Shown: positions 1 through 13,593, numbered from the whole stretch's first letter. The stretch is DNA of 61,620 nucleotides, filler included, from Hausera hauseri (GCA_046269625.1; 11 parts of 11 records of this genome joined end to end with filler, not necessarily neighbours in it); one strand, 5' to 3'. Notes: generated by a model not told the origin, from the letters alone. Program-made: numbers and translations.

Positions 1-59
1 GAGGAATGGGTATCGATCCCTCGCACATTTCGAGTTGCCTTCTCAGTCATCATGACTCT

Positions 60-800
60 TGATAGGAAATCCAAATAGCAAATTATGTCGCCGTGCAGGC
101 TGAAGTTCAAGCTCTTGTCAGTGAATATTCCACTGAAGAAGATTCTGTCATTTACACAGTCGGCTCAGTCATTCGTCATCATCGGTGCCCATGGGCATTC
201 ACAGCCCGCGCAAGTGGAAGAACGGTCAAAGAGGCTAGTGGCGCCTTTGCCTGACTACCAGCAGCCTGACTATAGAGGTGATGGCAGTGACGAAAACCCT
301 CCAATGGCTTGAAACACAGAAGCACACTCACGTTTGCATTCTATATGAGTCAATGAACATGCTTAAGAAGGTCTGGCTGGACACGTAGGCAGTGGCTTGA
401 ATCACTGCAGAGGATCACCTTTATATTAGTACCAGGCCATGCCGGTGAGGAGGGTAACGAGACAGCTGACTGATTGGCCAGCTCAGCTGTCATATCAGAC
501 GGTCAACCAATGGATCGCGCTGATGTCATCAACACTCTCAGAGAGTGTGGACGGACTGAAGACCTCAATAATCGTGATACAGCATCGATCACCAGAATGC
601 AAGAACTTGGGGTTAAACACGGCCAAGCCAAAGGCGAGCATCAGACGTGCAAGACGACTTGTTAATCAATACAGAACTGTCATAGTTGACTATCACACGC
701 TGGGGGAAATAGTGATGCGGGGATCTGAGCACCTATGGAATTGTCCGGAGTGCAGGGATGATGTTCCAGCTCGTAACTACCAATGTACAACGGTTGTTTA
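60..800 (+). pseudogene. 3' end of non-LTR retrotransposon ORF2: degenerate RNase H domain plus C-terminal Cys/His remnant
   Basis: Manual translation gives EDSVIYTvGSV (IYTDGS motif, ~135-170), WAFTARASGRTVKEASGAF, and ITFILVPGHAGEEGNETAD*LA (~420-480; LINE RNase H WVPGHxGxxGNExAD motif). EHLWNCPEC follows near 730-755. Contains stops and frameshifts. Confidence 0.75.
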
Positions 801-874
801 CACTTCAGTTTGATAACTGCAATTTCCACATTTGCGTAGGTTAAACTTTTGTCATAGACTCAATTTGTGTGCCC

Positions 875-950
875 GGGGCTGTAGCAGAAGTGGTAAATCG
901 TTTGCTTAGCACGTTAGAAATACATGTACCATGATTCATACACGGTAGGT
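875..950 (+). repeat. Possible tRNA-Ala-derived SINE head / tRNA relic
   Basis: GGGGCTGTAGCAGAAGTGGTAAATCGTTTGCTTAGCACG resembles the 5' half of tRNA-Ala(AGC) with an A-box. There is no intact B-box or T-arm. Confidence 0.3.
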
Positions 951-2247
951 GCACAATTTGTTTTCATTTAATATACGCCTTTTTATTTTCGCACATATAT
1001 GTTTAATTTAGTTAACTAGTTCATTGTGCGGTCATTGTGTTTTAGTTACCGGAATCGACGTGAGAAATTAAGGGGTGTATTGCAAAACCGGAACTAGCAT
1101 CAACGCATTAAACTATTTTTGATGACTTTTATAACACACATGAGCATACTCACGGAGTCACTAAGAATACATACACCAGTAAAACTGCGTCTTCAGCCAA
1201 AGCAACGCCTTTGTGACTGCCACGATCTCCATTGTCATTGTAAGTACGTGGCTACGCCCACCACCACACCAATGTAACACCTATGCTTTTAATATTAGTA
1301 TTGGTGGTTTTAATTTCTATATTTATCCATATAAATGTTAGCACCCAATAATTATATGTGTACACAGACGCACACATACATACGCGCGCGCGCGCACACA
1401 CACACATACACACCCACGTATGTATATTTAGAGGCTGTTCATTTGACTAAAGTAAAATTGAAGAGTGCACGAAGCAAATAATGTAATATGCTAACACTTT
1501 GAAAAATTCCACGCTCCGCCACTGGTGATAAGTCGTCAGATGAAAGTGACATACTGCTAATAGAAAGAAAGCGAAGAATGGAAGAAAAAGATAGAAGAAT
1601 AATAGAACGAACTGAAGAATCGAATGAAGAAGGAGACTCAGAAAATGTTGATTGTAAAAATATAGAATAATGAGAAATAGAGATAATAGTTAGAAAGATG
1701 AAAAAAAAAACATAACACAACAGATGAAGATAAACCGAAAGCAAAAGTGGAGAAGCAAGCAGCAATAAAAAGGATCTATAAGAAGGCTGAAGATGTCAAG
1801 AAGAGGAAATGTAGACACACAAGTAGTATAGGATGTGCAAAACATGTATAATTTCAGATGGTTACATAAGGTGTGATGAATAATTCGGGGGGGGGGGGGG
1901 TAACGCCAGCCCTCCTGTTGGTGTAGGGGGAATAATAAAATATTAAGGGGCAGACATCTTTTGTGAAATTTTTGTAAGGGGTAGAACATTTTTATTTGAT
2001 TTTTCTTTTGTTAGCTAAGATTAATAAGGTGGGCAGCCGGTGTTGTTATCTGAGGGTGGCTATTATCAGCAATTTCTATTATTAATACGAGTCATGTTGT
2101 TATATAAGGGGGTTTCATCATATCCATATTTGTTGCGGGGTCGGGTGATTCAAAAGGGTCATCGGGTCAAGTGATTCCCCAAGGTTGCGGTGTTTACCAA
2201 GGTGCTGGAGTCATTCCCATTGGTCATCGGGTCCATCATCAGCGTGG

Positions 2248-2300
2248 GGGTCGTCGGATCAGCCCAGGGTCGTCGGATCAGCCCAGGGTCGTCGGATCAG
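2248..2300 (+). repeat. 19-bp tandem repeat GGGTCGTCGGATCAGCCCA x~2.8
   Basis: Copies start at 2248, 2267 and 2286 (partial). Confidence 0.85.
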
Positions 2301-2778
2301 GTATTTTACCAAACCTGTCCATGCTTGTTCTCGGATGCTTAGTTTCTCAAACTTGTCCAGACTTGTGTTAAGAGGTAGTTTTCCAAAATGTTGGGTGGGG
2401 ATAATTTGTGTGTTTAGTATACATAAAGACAACATTTAGTGACGTACAAATAAAACAGACGCAGTGTGTATTTATTGTTGCATCATTTATTTTTCATAAG
2501 TTTGACAATATATATTCTAATAAAATATTCTCATATATTAGAATTATAATCACAACATCACAACCAAAGAATAGTTCAACGGAGGGTTTAATTACATAGA
2601 TTCACATTGTCATCGTGTATACACAATTTTTATTTACAGTATGTTACATCACAATAGTACATTACAGCATTTATTCACAAGTGCACTTTTTATTAAAATT
2701 TCGTAGGAAATATAATCACAGTCAAAATATATTTTACAAATTTACATACTATACATGGGTATCTATGTGTGTGCGTGT

Positions 2779-5700
2779 TTAAATGTCGAGTGGCATTGTT
2801 GTGACTTTGTTGGACTGGACCTGTCTTTTAATTTAAAAGTAAGATAATTAATTCCTGTGTTGTGTGTAAGTGTATACTGAGGATTTATGTAGTTTGAACC
2901 CTATGTTTGTCCATCCCTGTGGTTGTTGTGTCTCTAAAACTGATAAAAATGTGTCTTTATCTAAAGTGCTGTGTTGTTTAGAGAAACCTTTTGTACTAGT
3001 TTTGTTGTAATTCCCGAAGCAATGGTAAATTTACTACAAAGTGATATCATTTCTTCGCCCACGTATTTTAATTTAAAGAGTCCCAGAGTTCTCTTATCGA
3101 ATGCTTTTCTTTCTCTACAAGCCTGACAATCTACCCCCGCCTTACCCTCACCACTAATGAATTCGGACCTATGCGTGGGACAGACTTCAGTGGGAAATCA
3201 TTGATTGTAAACGCTAAAAAATTCTTCTCTCATTTGTGGGTGACTACATCGGCTAGGCCATGCATACTAAGAGCCAAATACAAACGATCCGTATCCATCT
3301 CACAAAGTTGAAAGTCCGACCTATCTACAAATTTGTCTATGAAATTATAATAAAATTCTAACATTCTTAACTTCACGTATTGATATACAAAAAAAAAGCC
3401 TATCTGCAAGGGGAGATTCCAAACTGTTTTGTTGTTATGCATGTTTACTTCAAAAAGATCAGGACTAATTTCTGTTATTTTTTAAAACAGGGGACTATTA
3501 ACGGAATCGGTAGTGTCACCACCCTTACAGTAAGACACGTCATGTTTGGTAAGCGTTTTGCCGTAAGAGGCATTCCTGAACTTCATTGTCTTGCTGGTAA
3601 TGGCGTATATATCATATATATTCTAGACGCTCTCACCAAACTTTTTGAAACAAGCTATTGGATGGTATTCAGTGACCATGGTTCATATACAACAGTAATA
3701 ATGAGGTGGCCAGGAGCATCTTTTCGCCTTTGTAACTCCCTACTAGCGTACGATGGGAAATTGTCAAGAGTTTGTTCTCTGTTGCATATTTAGGCATAAA
3801 TGTCGGCTCTAGAGACGTCGACTTTTTTTAATATTGGAGTCATTTCAGAGAAATGTTTCCTTCAATTTTTTCAGGGACGTGTGTCACGCGCCATCTAGCC
3901 AAAGCATTTGTTAGCCTTTATGGTGTCAAGAATTTATTTTTTGGTTGGTGGCCATGTGAATGGATTGTTTTTTACTCGCACCCCAAAAAGCTTAGTGCTC
4001 AAAAAAGCCTTTATTGCTGGATTTGACTTCTTCAGAACTTTCCACTCACATTCCCACATCACCATGACTTCATCATGACTGGCTATTCGCTCGTGAATTT
4101 TCAGTTTTCAAATACAACTTGCCCAATGGTATCTTGCTGATGGGGTTAATGACCTTACTACAGACGATGGGGCAATTCAGATGCCCGTGAAAGAAACACT
4201 CGTGGAATTGATACGCATAACGCAAATTTTTATCCCACCCATCTACTCTATCATGCAAGGAACCTAAAGCAATGTCCCTACCGTTGTAGTGAGTTTTTAA
4301 AGTTATTTTATTTTCGTACTCTACCCATGCTAACCACTCGTGACTCTGTCGTGTATAAGAATTAACTTTATGTGCTTTAAACCCGCCTTTCCTATTCCTA
4401 ACTGTCGCGAAATCGTTCGGCATGTCTTGCATTAAAGTCCATAAATATAGCGCATTAGCATCGTTTACTTTAATCCCCAGAACTAATTTATTACCCCTAA
4501 TTAGTGTCTCACCTGCCTAGTGGTACCTATAGAAAATAATTGACAGCCTGTCTACTATTTTATCCCTAAGGCTTTTATGAAGTTCCTTTTCTCGCTTGGA
4601 ATATAAAGAAAAAGCTACATCTGAGGGAAGTTTTTAAAAGGTGCTCAGCATTACACCGGGGACCAATATCGCGTCGCGAAAAATATCAACTCCTAACTTA
4701 GAATAAAATTCAACCTGTCTTTCTAACTCATATAAAAAGGGTACTACATCCTTATTATACCAAATCAGAAAATTTCGTAGCGTTTTCATGTGGTTTCCAG
4801 CCCAAATTTGCTGATAGTAAGTGTATTCCTCATTGGAGATGTTGGTGTTTTTAAGGGTCGAGAAAAACGCTGAGTGGGGAGGTAGACTAGTTTCACCCAA
4901 TTTAGTTAAATCATCTATGTATTCATAACAAAGATATCCCTTACTTTCCTCTATCTTATATGCGACTAGATACTTGCTGTAACTAAAACCCGGGACTAAA
5001 TAATTACACAAGTCTAGAAATTTCAACTTTTGTGTAAAAATGCACATAAAGTTATTGTTTCTTTAAACTATAAACTTAAAAGGCTTGACGAATGCCCCAG
5101 TAACTCCAGCCCAGTCATTTTGGAGATTTTCTTCTTCTTCCCCATCACTGCCTTGAGCGATGAGTGCACTTATGAAATAGGATTTAATCACATTAATATT
5201 ACATTTTCCCTAGTTAAAACCTATGACTGGGAGCTGGTGCAAATAAAACATTAACCTGACTAGGAGTGTTCTATCTTCTAACTTGCCTAAGTCTTTAAGT
5301 ACGTCCTCTTAACTGCTTAAAAGCCACCTCTGAAATTTTTTCGAGATGGGCGAGTACATCATTAACCAAGGCTTGAGGGTCCTAGTTTGTAAATAAATAT
5401 ACCGTAATTCCAGGCACATTATAGGCTACAGAGCACATTAACGGTGCGTGCTTTGCAACAGAATTTGTTGCACTAGCCAAGGGAAGTAACTCTGTCTCTT
5501 GGAAATTTGTCTCGAAATTGAAGGTTGCACGATATGGATACACAAAGTTAGTGTCAACAGATATCCCGACTAGATCAATTTCTTCCCAAATAATCTCGGG
5601 TGGGTTGTAAACACCACCATTAAAGAAATCGACAGGTTTGCCTCCATTACAAGTCTTGTCATGTCTTGTCAAATTACGGTAGATGGGCCAAAGCTTGTCG

Positions 5701-6500
5701 CATTTGCTACACGAAAAGGCATGTGCTGCTTGGTCAATATCTCAAATACAAATAACACAGGCTAATAAATATAGTGTTACCATATATTCATCGCTGCCTC
5801 TGAGCTTGGGTGTCAGTACTTCTTGCTCATCAAATTAAAAAATATCTATATTTATCTAAAACCCTTTCTAAATTAAGAATATCTATTAAACTAACACCGG
5901 GGAAACTATTCAGAGTCTTCGAGACCCTGTTAATCATACAAATGCTAACAAATGCTTCATGGGATCTTTTGTCGACTTTCTAATATTTTTAATGGCACTA
6001 CCTTCAAAAATGGCTAAAAATCTTTAAAAAAAAACAGATTGTTTGTATAGAGTTTGGAATACAAGTCGTGTTGTAATGTAAAATGGCCTCGTTGTTTGTA
6101 ATGTGTACAGGTATTTTGTATAGATTGCGTCCTACTGGGTAATCGTTTAGTTGATAAATATAAAAAAAAAACTAGATGAAGGTATGGAGTCTACTGTGTA
6201 TTTTGTGTATGGCCTATTATGTAATGCAAAATAAAAAGGGTCGTCTTGCTCTAGGTGTCTAATGAAATCTACAAAGTCTGCCCTTTTATTGATAAATTTA
6301 GGTGTGTCTAGTACTGCTACATTGTTAGATGATGCATGGTAAAACCTAAGATCCCCTGTCTGCCTGTGCCTAAGCATGAAATTATGGTTGGAATTAATCT
6401 TGAATCTACGAGTCTGACACTTAAATATGTTGTCTAAAAGACAAATCCAGTCGAAACGGTGTGTAGTGCCTGGTCTATGAAAATATGTGTATATGTGTTT
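2779..6500 (-). pseudogene. polB: Polinton/Maverick-type protein-primed family B DNA polymerase (pPolB), frameshifted, with VSR-like nuclease insert
   Basis: Fragments lie in the expected order: N-terminal region (FYHASSNN, 6147-6377), ExoI-like YRATFNFET (~5520), KFLDLCNYL..KGYLCYEY..WYNKDVVPF (4634-5047), motif A NDANALYLW (~4440-4467), motif B MKFRNASYGKT (~3555-3590), motif C EMDTDRLY (~3280-3302) and C-terminus TTMPLDI* (2779). Confidence 0.88.
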
Positions 6501-6769
6501 GCAATGTTTCTGTGTGTTTTATAGATGCATAATTGTCAACATATTTATTTCTTACAACATAAGGCAAATCAACTAATGAGTCATATTCAGAAGCTCTTTT
6601 TTAAATTTTTTCTTGGAAGGACCAGCCCTGTCCTCAGTCAGTTTATGTTTGTTTTCTTCAGAACGAACATACTGCTCATTCGATGAAGCAGATCTCTGTT
6701 GTTTTCCTTGGAAACGAGCAGACATATAGCAGCCACTGTCAATTGAACGTCAGATGGAGCAGATATCTT

Positions 6770-6945
6770 TAATGAGGCTCCATGATGTCTCTTTATGTGG
6801 ACCAATAGATTGTCACTTCTAGTAAAAAGGTGCCCGCATATTTGACATGGCTGTTTTTGTTTGCCATGTGCAGTATCATTATGCCGTCTAGGGGTATCAG
6901 CACGTGTGAAAATTCTATTGCAGATGCCATACACATGTATTTGTT
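6770..6945 (-). pseudogene. Tandem C2H2 zinc fingers upstream of (possibly originally fused to) pPolB
   Basis: GICNRIFTRADTPRRHNDTAH and CQICGHLFTRSDNLLVHIKRHH match the C2H2 pattern. Same strand as pPolB. Confidence 0.75.
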
Positions 6946-7349
6946 TCCGTGAAAGACTGCAACATTGTTTTGAGGATTGGTCCCAAGACCTGATTTCATC
7001 CTTCTATGCAGTAGATCAAGGCTTGCTTTCCAACTCTCCCATGACAGTTGTCCTCAAGGCTTCAGTACAGGATTAACTGGTAGGATTCCCTAATCCAAGG
7101 TTCCCATTGTCACAGAACCGCCTAAGCCTTAACATTACCCGAGGCCATGTATGTGTTTCCCACACCACCATACCCAGAAGTTTCATTACACTAAATACAT
7201 ATGTGATAAACATAGTCTAAAAGCCTTAAGCAAGTTACAAATAACAATATACAATACGCTCTTGGCAGTTGATATATCTGTACTCCAATATTTTTCTTTA
7301 CACACGTCTAAAACCAAATGAAGTTAGCTGCAGTATGTCTCTTGGTTCT

Positions 7350-7546
7350 ATATGTACCATCAGATGGCAGATGTGACACAGAAATCAAAAGCAGAATTGC
7401 ACAGGCAAAAACAGCATTCAAGAAAATGAAAAGCATATTGTGTACAACAAATCTGTCATTAACATTGAAAAAGAGAGTCCTGCAGTGTTACATTGAACCC
7501 ATACTAATGTATGGCTGCGAATCTTGGACACTAAGTAAAAAACTGG
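7350..7546 (+). mobile_element. RTE-clade LINE reverse transcriptase C-terminal fragment (truncated by contig end)
   Basis: SDGRCDTEIKSRIAQAKTAFKKMKSIL...LKKRVLQCYIEPILMYGCESWTL is the typical post-RT region of RTE-like LINEs. Confidence 0.8.
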
Positions 7547-7646
7547 NNNNNNNNNNNNNNNNNNNNNNNNNNNNNNNNNNNNNNNNNNNNTTAATTAATT
7601 AANNNNNNNNNNNNNNNNNNNNNNNNNNNNNNNNNNNNNNNNNNNN
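7547..7646. other. Artificial contig-joining spacer (44 N + TTAATTAATTAA + 44 N); identical spacers at 12035-12134, 17705-17804, 24284-24383, 28393-28492, 32973-33072, 37289-37388, 41468-41567, 46559-46658, 56546-56645
   Basis: Ten identical 100-nt blocks whose core places stops in all six frames. The flanking sequences are unrelated across each block. Confidence 0.98.
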
Positions 7647-10600
7647 GTTCGTTCGATCATTTTTCATTCTTTCGTTCGTTTCTTCGTTATTTCGTTCTTT
7701 CTTTCGTTCGATCCTTCGTTCTTCCCTTGTTCATTCGTTTTTTCTTTCGTTCGTTCGTTTGTTCCTTCGTTCGTCCGTTCTTTCGTTCATTCGTGAGTTC
7801 GTTCTTTCGCTCATTCGTTCCTTGTTTCATTCCTTCATTCGTTCATTTGTTCGTTCCTTCGTTCTTTTGTTCTTTCGTTCGCTCGTTCCTTCGTTCTTTC
7901 CTTCCTTCTTTCATTCCTTCATTCGTTCATTTGTTCGTTCGTTCGTTCTTTCGTTCTTTTGTTCGTTCGTTCGTTCGTTCTTTCATTCGTTCATTCTTTC
8001 GTTTGTTCGTTCCTTCGTTCTTTCTTTCCTTCGCTCCTTCTTTCGATCGTTCGTTCGGTCGTTCGTTAGTTTATTCTTTCAATCATTGGTTTGTTCTTTC
8101 CTTCGTTCGTTCATTCTTTCATTCGATCTTTCGTTCGTTCCTTCGTTCCTTCCTTCTTTCTTTCGTTCGCTCTTTCGTTCCCTCCTTCGTTTGTTCCTTC
8201 CTTTGTTCGTTCCTTCATTCTTTCCTTCGTCTGTTCGTTCCTTCAATCGTTCTTTCGTTCATTTGTTCCTTCCTTCGTTCTTTCGTTCCTTCGTGAGTTC
8301 CTTCTTTCGTTCGTTCGTTTGTTCGTTCGATCATTTTTCATTCTTTCGTTCGTTTCTTCGTTATTTCGTTCTTTCTTTCGTTCGATCCTTCGTTCTTTCA
8401 TTCCTTCATTCGTTCGTTTGTTCGTTCTTTCCTTCCTCCGTTCTTTTGTTCATTCGTTCGTTCGTCCTTTCGAACGTTCCTGCATTCGTTCGTTCTTTCG
8501 TTCCTTCGTTCGTTTCTTCGTGAATTCATTCCGTCGTTCGTTCGTTTATTCCTGAGTTCATTCTTTCTTTAGTTTGTTCTTTCTTTCTTTCGTTCTTTTG
8601 ATTATTCTTTCGTTCCTTCGTTCATTCGTTCATTCTTTCGTTCGTTCCTTCGTTTCTTCGGTCTTTCGTTCCCTCATTCGTTTGTTCGTTCGTTCTTTCA
8701 TTCGTTCATTTGTTTTTTCGTTTGTTCGTTCTTTCATTCTTTCGTTCCTTCCTTCCTTCGTTCTTTCGCTGTTTCGTTCGTTCTTTCGATCTTTCGGTCA
8801 TTCATTTGTTATCTCAATCATTCGTTCTTTCGTTCGTTCTTTTGTTGATTCATGCGTTCGTTTGTTCGTTCTTTCGTTCGTTCGTTTCTTCGTTCGTTCC
8901 TTCCTTCTTTCGTTCCTTCGTTCTTTCGTTCTCTCATTCGTTCGTTCCTTCGTTCGTTTGTTCGTTCATTTGTTCATTCTTTCGTTCGTTTCTTCGTTAT
9001 TTCGTTCTTTCTTTCGTTTGTTCCTTCGTTCTTTCCTTCGTTCTTTCATTCCTTCATTCGTTCATTTGTTCGTTCTTTCCTTCCTTCGTTCTTTTGTTCA
9101 TTCGTTCGTTCGTCCTTTCGAACGTTCATTCATTCGTTTGTTTGTTCTTGCATTCGTTCTTTCCTTCGTTCTTTTGTTCATTCATTTGTTCTTTCTTTCG
9201 TTCGTTTGTTCGTTCTTTCCTTCGTTCGTTTGTTCATTCGTTCGTTCTTTCTTTCGTACGTTCGTGCGCTCCTTCCTTCGTTCGTTCGTTCCTTCATTCG
9301 TTCGTTCCTTCATTCTTTCATTCCTTCTTTCGTTCATTTGTGCGTTCGTTCCTTCCTTCCTTCATTCGTTCATTCGTTCGTTTTATCGTTCCTGCGTTCT
9401 TTCGTTCCTTCGCTCGTTCTTTTGTTCGTTACTTCATTCGTTCGTTCGTTCTTTCGTCCGTTATTTCGTTCTTTCCTTTCTTCATTTGTTCTTTCGTTCG
9501 TTCGGTTTTTCGTTCCTTCGTTCGTTCTTTCGTTCGTCCCTTCGTGAGTTCGATCCTTCGTTCACTTTTCGTTCATTATTTCTTTCTTTCTTTCCTTCGT
9601 TCCTTCGTTCGTTCGTTCATTTGTTCGTTCGTTCGTTCCTTCGTTCGTTTCTTGATGAATTTGTTCGTTCGTTCTTTCGTTCTTTCCTTCCTTCGTTTTT
9701 TCGCTGTTTCGTTCGTTCTTTCCATCTTTCGGTCGTTCATTTTTTTTCTCGATCATTCGATCTTTCCTTCGTTCGTTCGTTGATTCATTCGTTCTTTTGT
9801 TCCTTCATTCGTTCGTTCATTTATTCCTTCATTTGTTCGTTTTTTCGTTACTTCGATCTTTCGTTCCTTCGTTCGTTCCTTTGTTCGTTCCTTCGTTCGA
9901 TCGTTCGTTTGTTCGTTCCTTCAACATTCCTTCGTTCGTTGCTTCGTTCCTTCGTTCTTTCGTTCGTTCGTTCTTTCTTTCGTACGTTCGTGCGGTCCTC
10001 CCTTCGTTCGTTCTTTCGTTCTTTCCTTCGTTATTTCTTTCTTTCCTTCGATCGTTCTTTCTTTCTATCGTTCCCTTGTTCGTTATTTCTTCCGTTCTTT
10101 CGTTCTTCCATTCGATCTTTCGTTCGTTTGTTCGTTCGTTCCTTCCTTCATTCGTTCGTTCTTTCATTCGTTCATTAGTTCCTTGTTCTTTCGTTCGTTC
10201 TTTCTTTCGTTCGCTCGATCGATCGTCCTTTCTTTCGTTCCCTTGTTCGTTCCTTCCTTCGATCGTTCCTTCCTTCGTTCGTTCGTTCTTTCTATCCTCC
10301 CCTCGTTCGTTCCTTCCTTCGTTCGTTCGTTCTTTCGTTCTTTCTTTCGTTCTTTCGTTCGTTCATTTTTTCGTTCGTTCTTTCCTTCGTTCGTTCATTC
10401 ATTTGTTCGTTCTTTCCTTCTTTCGTTCGTTCGTTCGTTTGTTCTTTCGTCCTTTCGTTCGTTCTTTCGTTCGTTCATTCTTTCATTCGTTCTTTCCTTC
10501 TTTCTTTCTTTCATTTGTTCGTTCTTTCCTTCTTTCGTTCGTTCGTTCGTTCTTTCTTTCTTTCTTTCGTTCATTCTTTCGTTCGTTCGTTCTTTCCTTC

Positions 10601-11010
10601 GTTCGTTCTTTCGTTCTATCTTTCCTTCCTTCGTTCGCTCGTTCTTTTGTGAGTTCTTTCTTTCTTTCATTCGTTCCTTCAGTCGTTCTGTCGTTCTTTC
10701 ATTCGTTCGTTTGTTCGTTCGTTCCTTCTTTCCTTCGTTCTTTCGTTCCTTCCTTCCTTCCTTCGTTCTTTCGTTCGTTCGTTCGTTCCTTCTTTCTTTC
10801 TTTTTTTCGTTCCTTCCTTCGTTCGTCCGTTCGTTCTTTCGTTTTTTCGTTCGTTCGTTTGTTCCTTCATTCGTTCGTTCATTCGTTCTTTTGTTCTTTC
10901 GTTCTTTCTTTCTTTCATTCGTTCGTTCCTTCGTTCGTTCGTTCGTTCGTTCGCTCGTTCTTTCGTTCGTTCATTCGTTTGTTCGTTCATTTGTTCGTTC
11001 GTTTTTTCGT
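7647..11010 (+). repeat. Degenerate (TTCG/TTCC/TTCT/TTCA)n tetranucleotide satellite
   Basis: About 3.4 kb of TTCN units. All long F/S/R/V-rich ORFs here are artefacts of the repeat. Confidence 0.97.
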
Positions 11011-12253
11011 TATGTTGCATTTTTCATGCCGATCCATTCGTCTTATCGTAAGGCGTCCATAATATAAAATGCTCAACTACTGATTGGCTACGTGGTCATC
11101 CTATTTCCACGGCCAGAAGACCCGAACAATGGGAAATTTTTACTGTTTGAAATTTTCCCATCAATTTTTCCCATGTTCCCATGGTCAAACCGAGTTAAAG
11201 TTGTGTGCATTCGATTCTCAATCATCGGTTTGACATTTGCACCAAACATTGAGCAATTCGTAACTCGTGCCTCGTTTCTCATAAAACATTTCTTGTTTTG
11301 CTTCTTTTGCTTCTAGCGCCGCCCAGTAACATTTTCGACTCTCGCTGCGCTACAAAATTTTTCTGCGCTCATCGAGTTCTACCAATTTCCGTCGGTAACA
11401 TGTGTGGCATGTGACATGTGCTTCCGGCTCGGGGGGGTCTACGACCAAAAAACATGATATGCTCAGAATTGCAAGATAGTTTGGACAAACGTGGTCCCAC
11501 GTCGATCTGAGTACTTTTGGGAAAGTGGGATGGAGCGCTCACTTCTACCTACTTGATGATTTTGACTTTAACACTGCGTTTTTTCGATGATGACGATTTT
11601 GACTTTGTAGCAATGCGTTTTATTGCATTTTTCACCCCGATCGATTGGCCTGATCGTGAGGTGGCTATACTATTAAATTTTTCTCTCCTCATGGGCAATG
11701 TATTAGACCAATTTCCATCTCAGGAAGACTTGAACATGGGGAAATTTTATCACTTTAAAAATTTCCCATGGATTTTTCCCCATGTTCCCATGGTCTGACC
11801 GACTTGCAACATTGTCCATTGCAATCGCCAATATCGATTTTTCTTTTGTACACATTTTCCCAGTGCTAGCAACATGTTTCACGTTACACGTGGACCATTT
11901 CCTGTTTTGATTCTTCCTCTTCTAGTGCCTCTCCATTACATTTTTAGCATACCGCACCTATATTATCTTTTGCTCACCACGCCACGGGCTATCGATATAA
12001 CCTGGTCCAAAGTCCATTGTTCCACATCCTTTTCNNNNNNNNNNNNNNNNNNNNNNNNNNNNNNNNNNNNNNNNNNNNTTAATTAATTAANNNNNNNNNN
12101 NNNNNNNNNNNNNNNNNNNNNNNNNNNNNNNNNNATAATTACTTAATAGAAAATTTGTAAGAAAAAGTCAGTATAAACATAGAGTCAAAATTATGCCACA
12201 ACTAACAAACTATAATATTTAATCAACCAGGTTTTTGTCAATTTACCCATTGG

Positions 12254-13593
12254 GTGAATGTGGGCACCACAGATGTCATACCGAAGGGACGACAGTTAAA
12301 GAAACACTTACACAGACACGGACATAAATACTGCGTTCTAAGCGACAAGAGCAATGAAAATATTTTATATTACGAAAGGAAAGGAAGAAAATTGATAGTT
12401 ATTCCAAAGGGGTTACGAACCGAAGTGCTGATGTCAGAACACGATTCATATTTAGCCGGACACATGTCCTGGAAGAAAACATTGGAAAGAATAATGAATA
12501 AATATTTTTGGCCTAGTATTTATATTGATGTAAAAAATTGGGTAAATGCTTGCAAAGTATGTGCCACTAAGCAAAAGAAGACAAAAAACTACATGGCCGA
12601 ATTAAAACCAATCCATGTGCCCGATAGGCCCATCAAGCTATTTCTATGGATATCGTAGAACCTCTTCCTTCGACACACAAGAACAATAAGTATATCTTAA
12701 CATGTATTGATCGGTTAACCCATTTTGTCGAGTTGATAGCATTAATCGATCAAAAGGCTGAAACTTTAGCAGAAGCCGTCGTAAGAAGGATTATTTGCAG
12801 ATACGGGCCCCCAGACCAGATACTCACAGATCGAGGAAAAAATTTCACCAGCGGACTATTCGAGAAAATCACTAAGATATTCGAAATTGAACATCTAACA
12901 ACTACAGCGTGTCACCCTCAATGCAACGGAATGGTCGAACGAATGAATGCCACCGTTATACGCGTATTATCAGCAGTAGTAGCAAAGGACCAAAAGGATT
13001 GGGACGAATTTCTGGAAGGAACCCAATTTGCAATTAATACTACACCACATCCAGCGACAGAATTTACACCATTCTTCATGATATATGGACGCGAAGCCGT
13101 GTTACCCACGGAATTAGGAATGACCGCATACACGGTTAACTTCGAAGATTTAGAACAAAACTTCGCAGAAGTGTTACAAATGCGATTGCGGAGGTGTTGG
13201 GAAATCGCCAAAGAATTATCCCAGGAATATCAAGAGCAGTTTAAAAAGCAATATGATAAGAAAGCAAAACCGCATGATATAGAATAAGGAAATTGGGTTT
13301 ATGTACATTACCCAGTAGCCAAGAAAGGCACCTCATTAAAATTAACTCGCACAGGCAGAGGACCGTACAAAGTTACCAAAGTTACGCCAACCACAGTATA
13401 CATCAACAAAAATGGAAAGGAAGAAGTTGTTAAGACAGAGATACGACCCAATAAGCGTTACAATTTACGCCAACGCGAAATAAAAACTTCCGCAATAGTT
13501 GCTAGACCGATATCGTACGTTCAGATAGTTTTAGCAATATCGTTAATTTCATCTTATATTCCGAGAACACAAACTAAAAAGTGGCACGACTAA
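12254..13593 (+). pseudogene. pol: Ty3/Gypsy integrase (HHCC, DDE, GPY) followed in frame by an env-like signal peptide
   Basis: HDSYLAGH...CKVC zinc finger; MDIVEPLP, TDRGKNF and CNGMVERMN core. After a stop at 13285 the frame gives GRGPYKV, then RYNLR..ARPISYVQIVLAISLISSYI. One frameshift at ~12650. Confidence 0.93.

Noticed and set aside
875-950. Functional tRNA-Ala gene
   Set aside because: No GTTCRA T-loop or closing acceptor stem; at best a SINE relic.
7591-7602. Recurrent TTAATTAATTAA as a biological repeat or CRISPR-like array
   Set aside because: It is always embedded in exactly 44+44 N, so it is an assembly linker. Gene neighbourhoods across linkers are meaningless.
7727-11067. 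Long F/S/R/V-rich ORFs up to 534 aa and their antisense ERTN-rich ORFs
   Set aside because: They are translations of a TTCN microsatellite that lacks stop codons, with no protein-like complexity.
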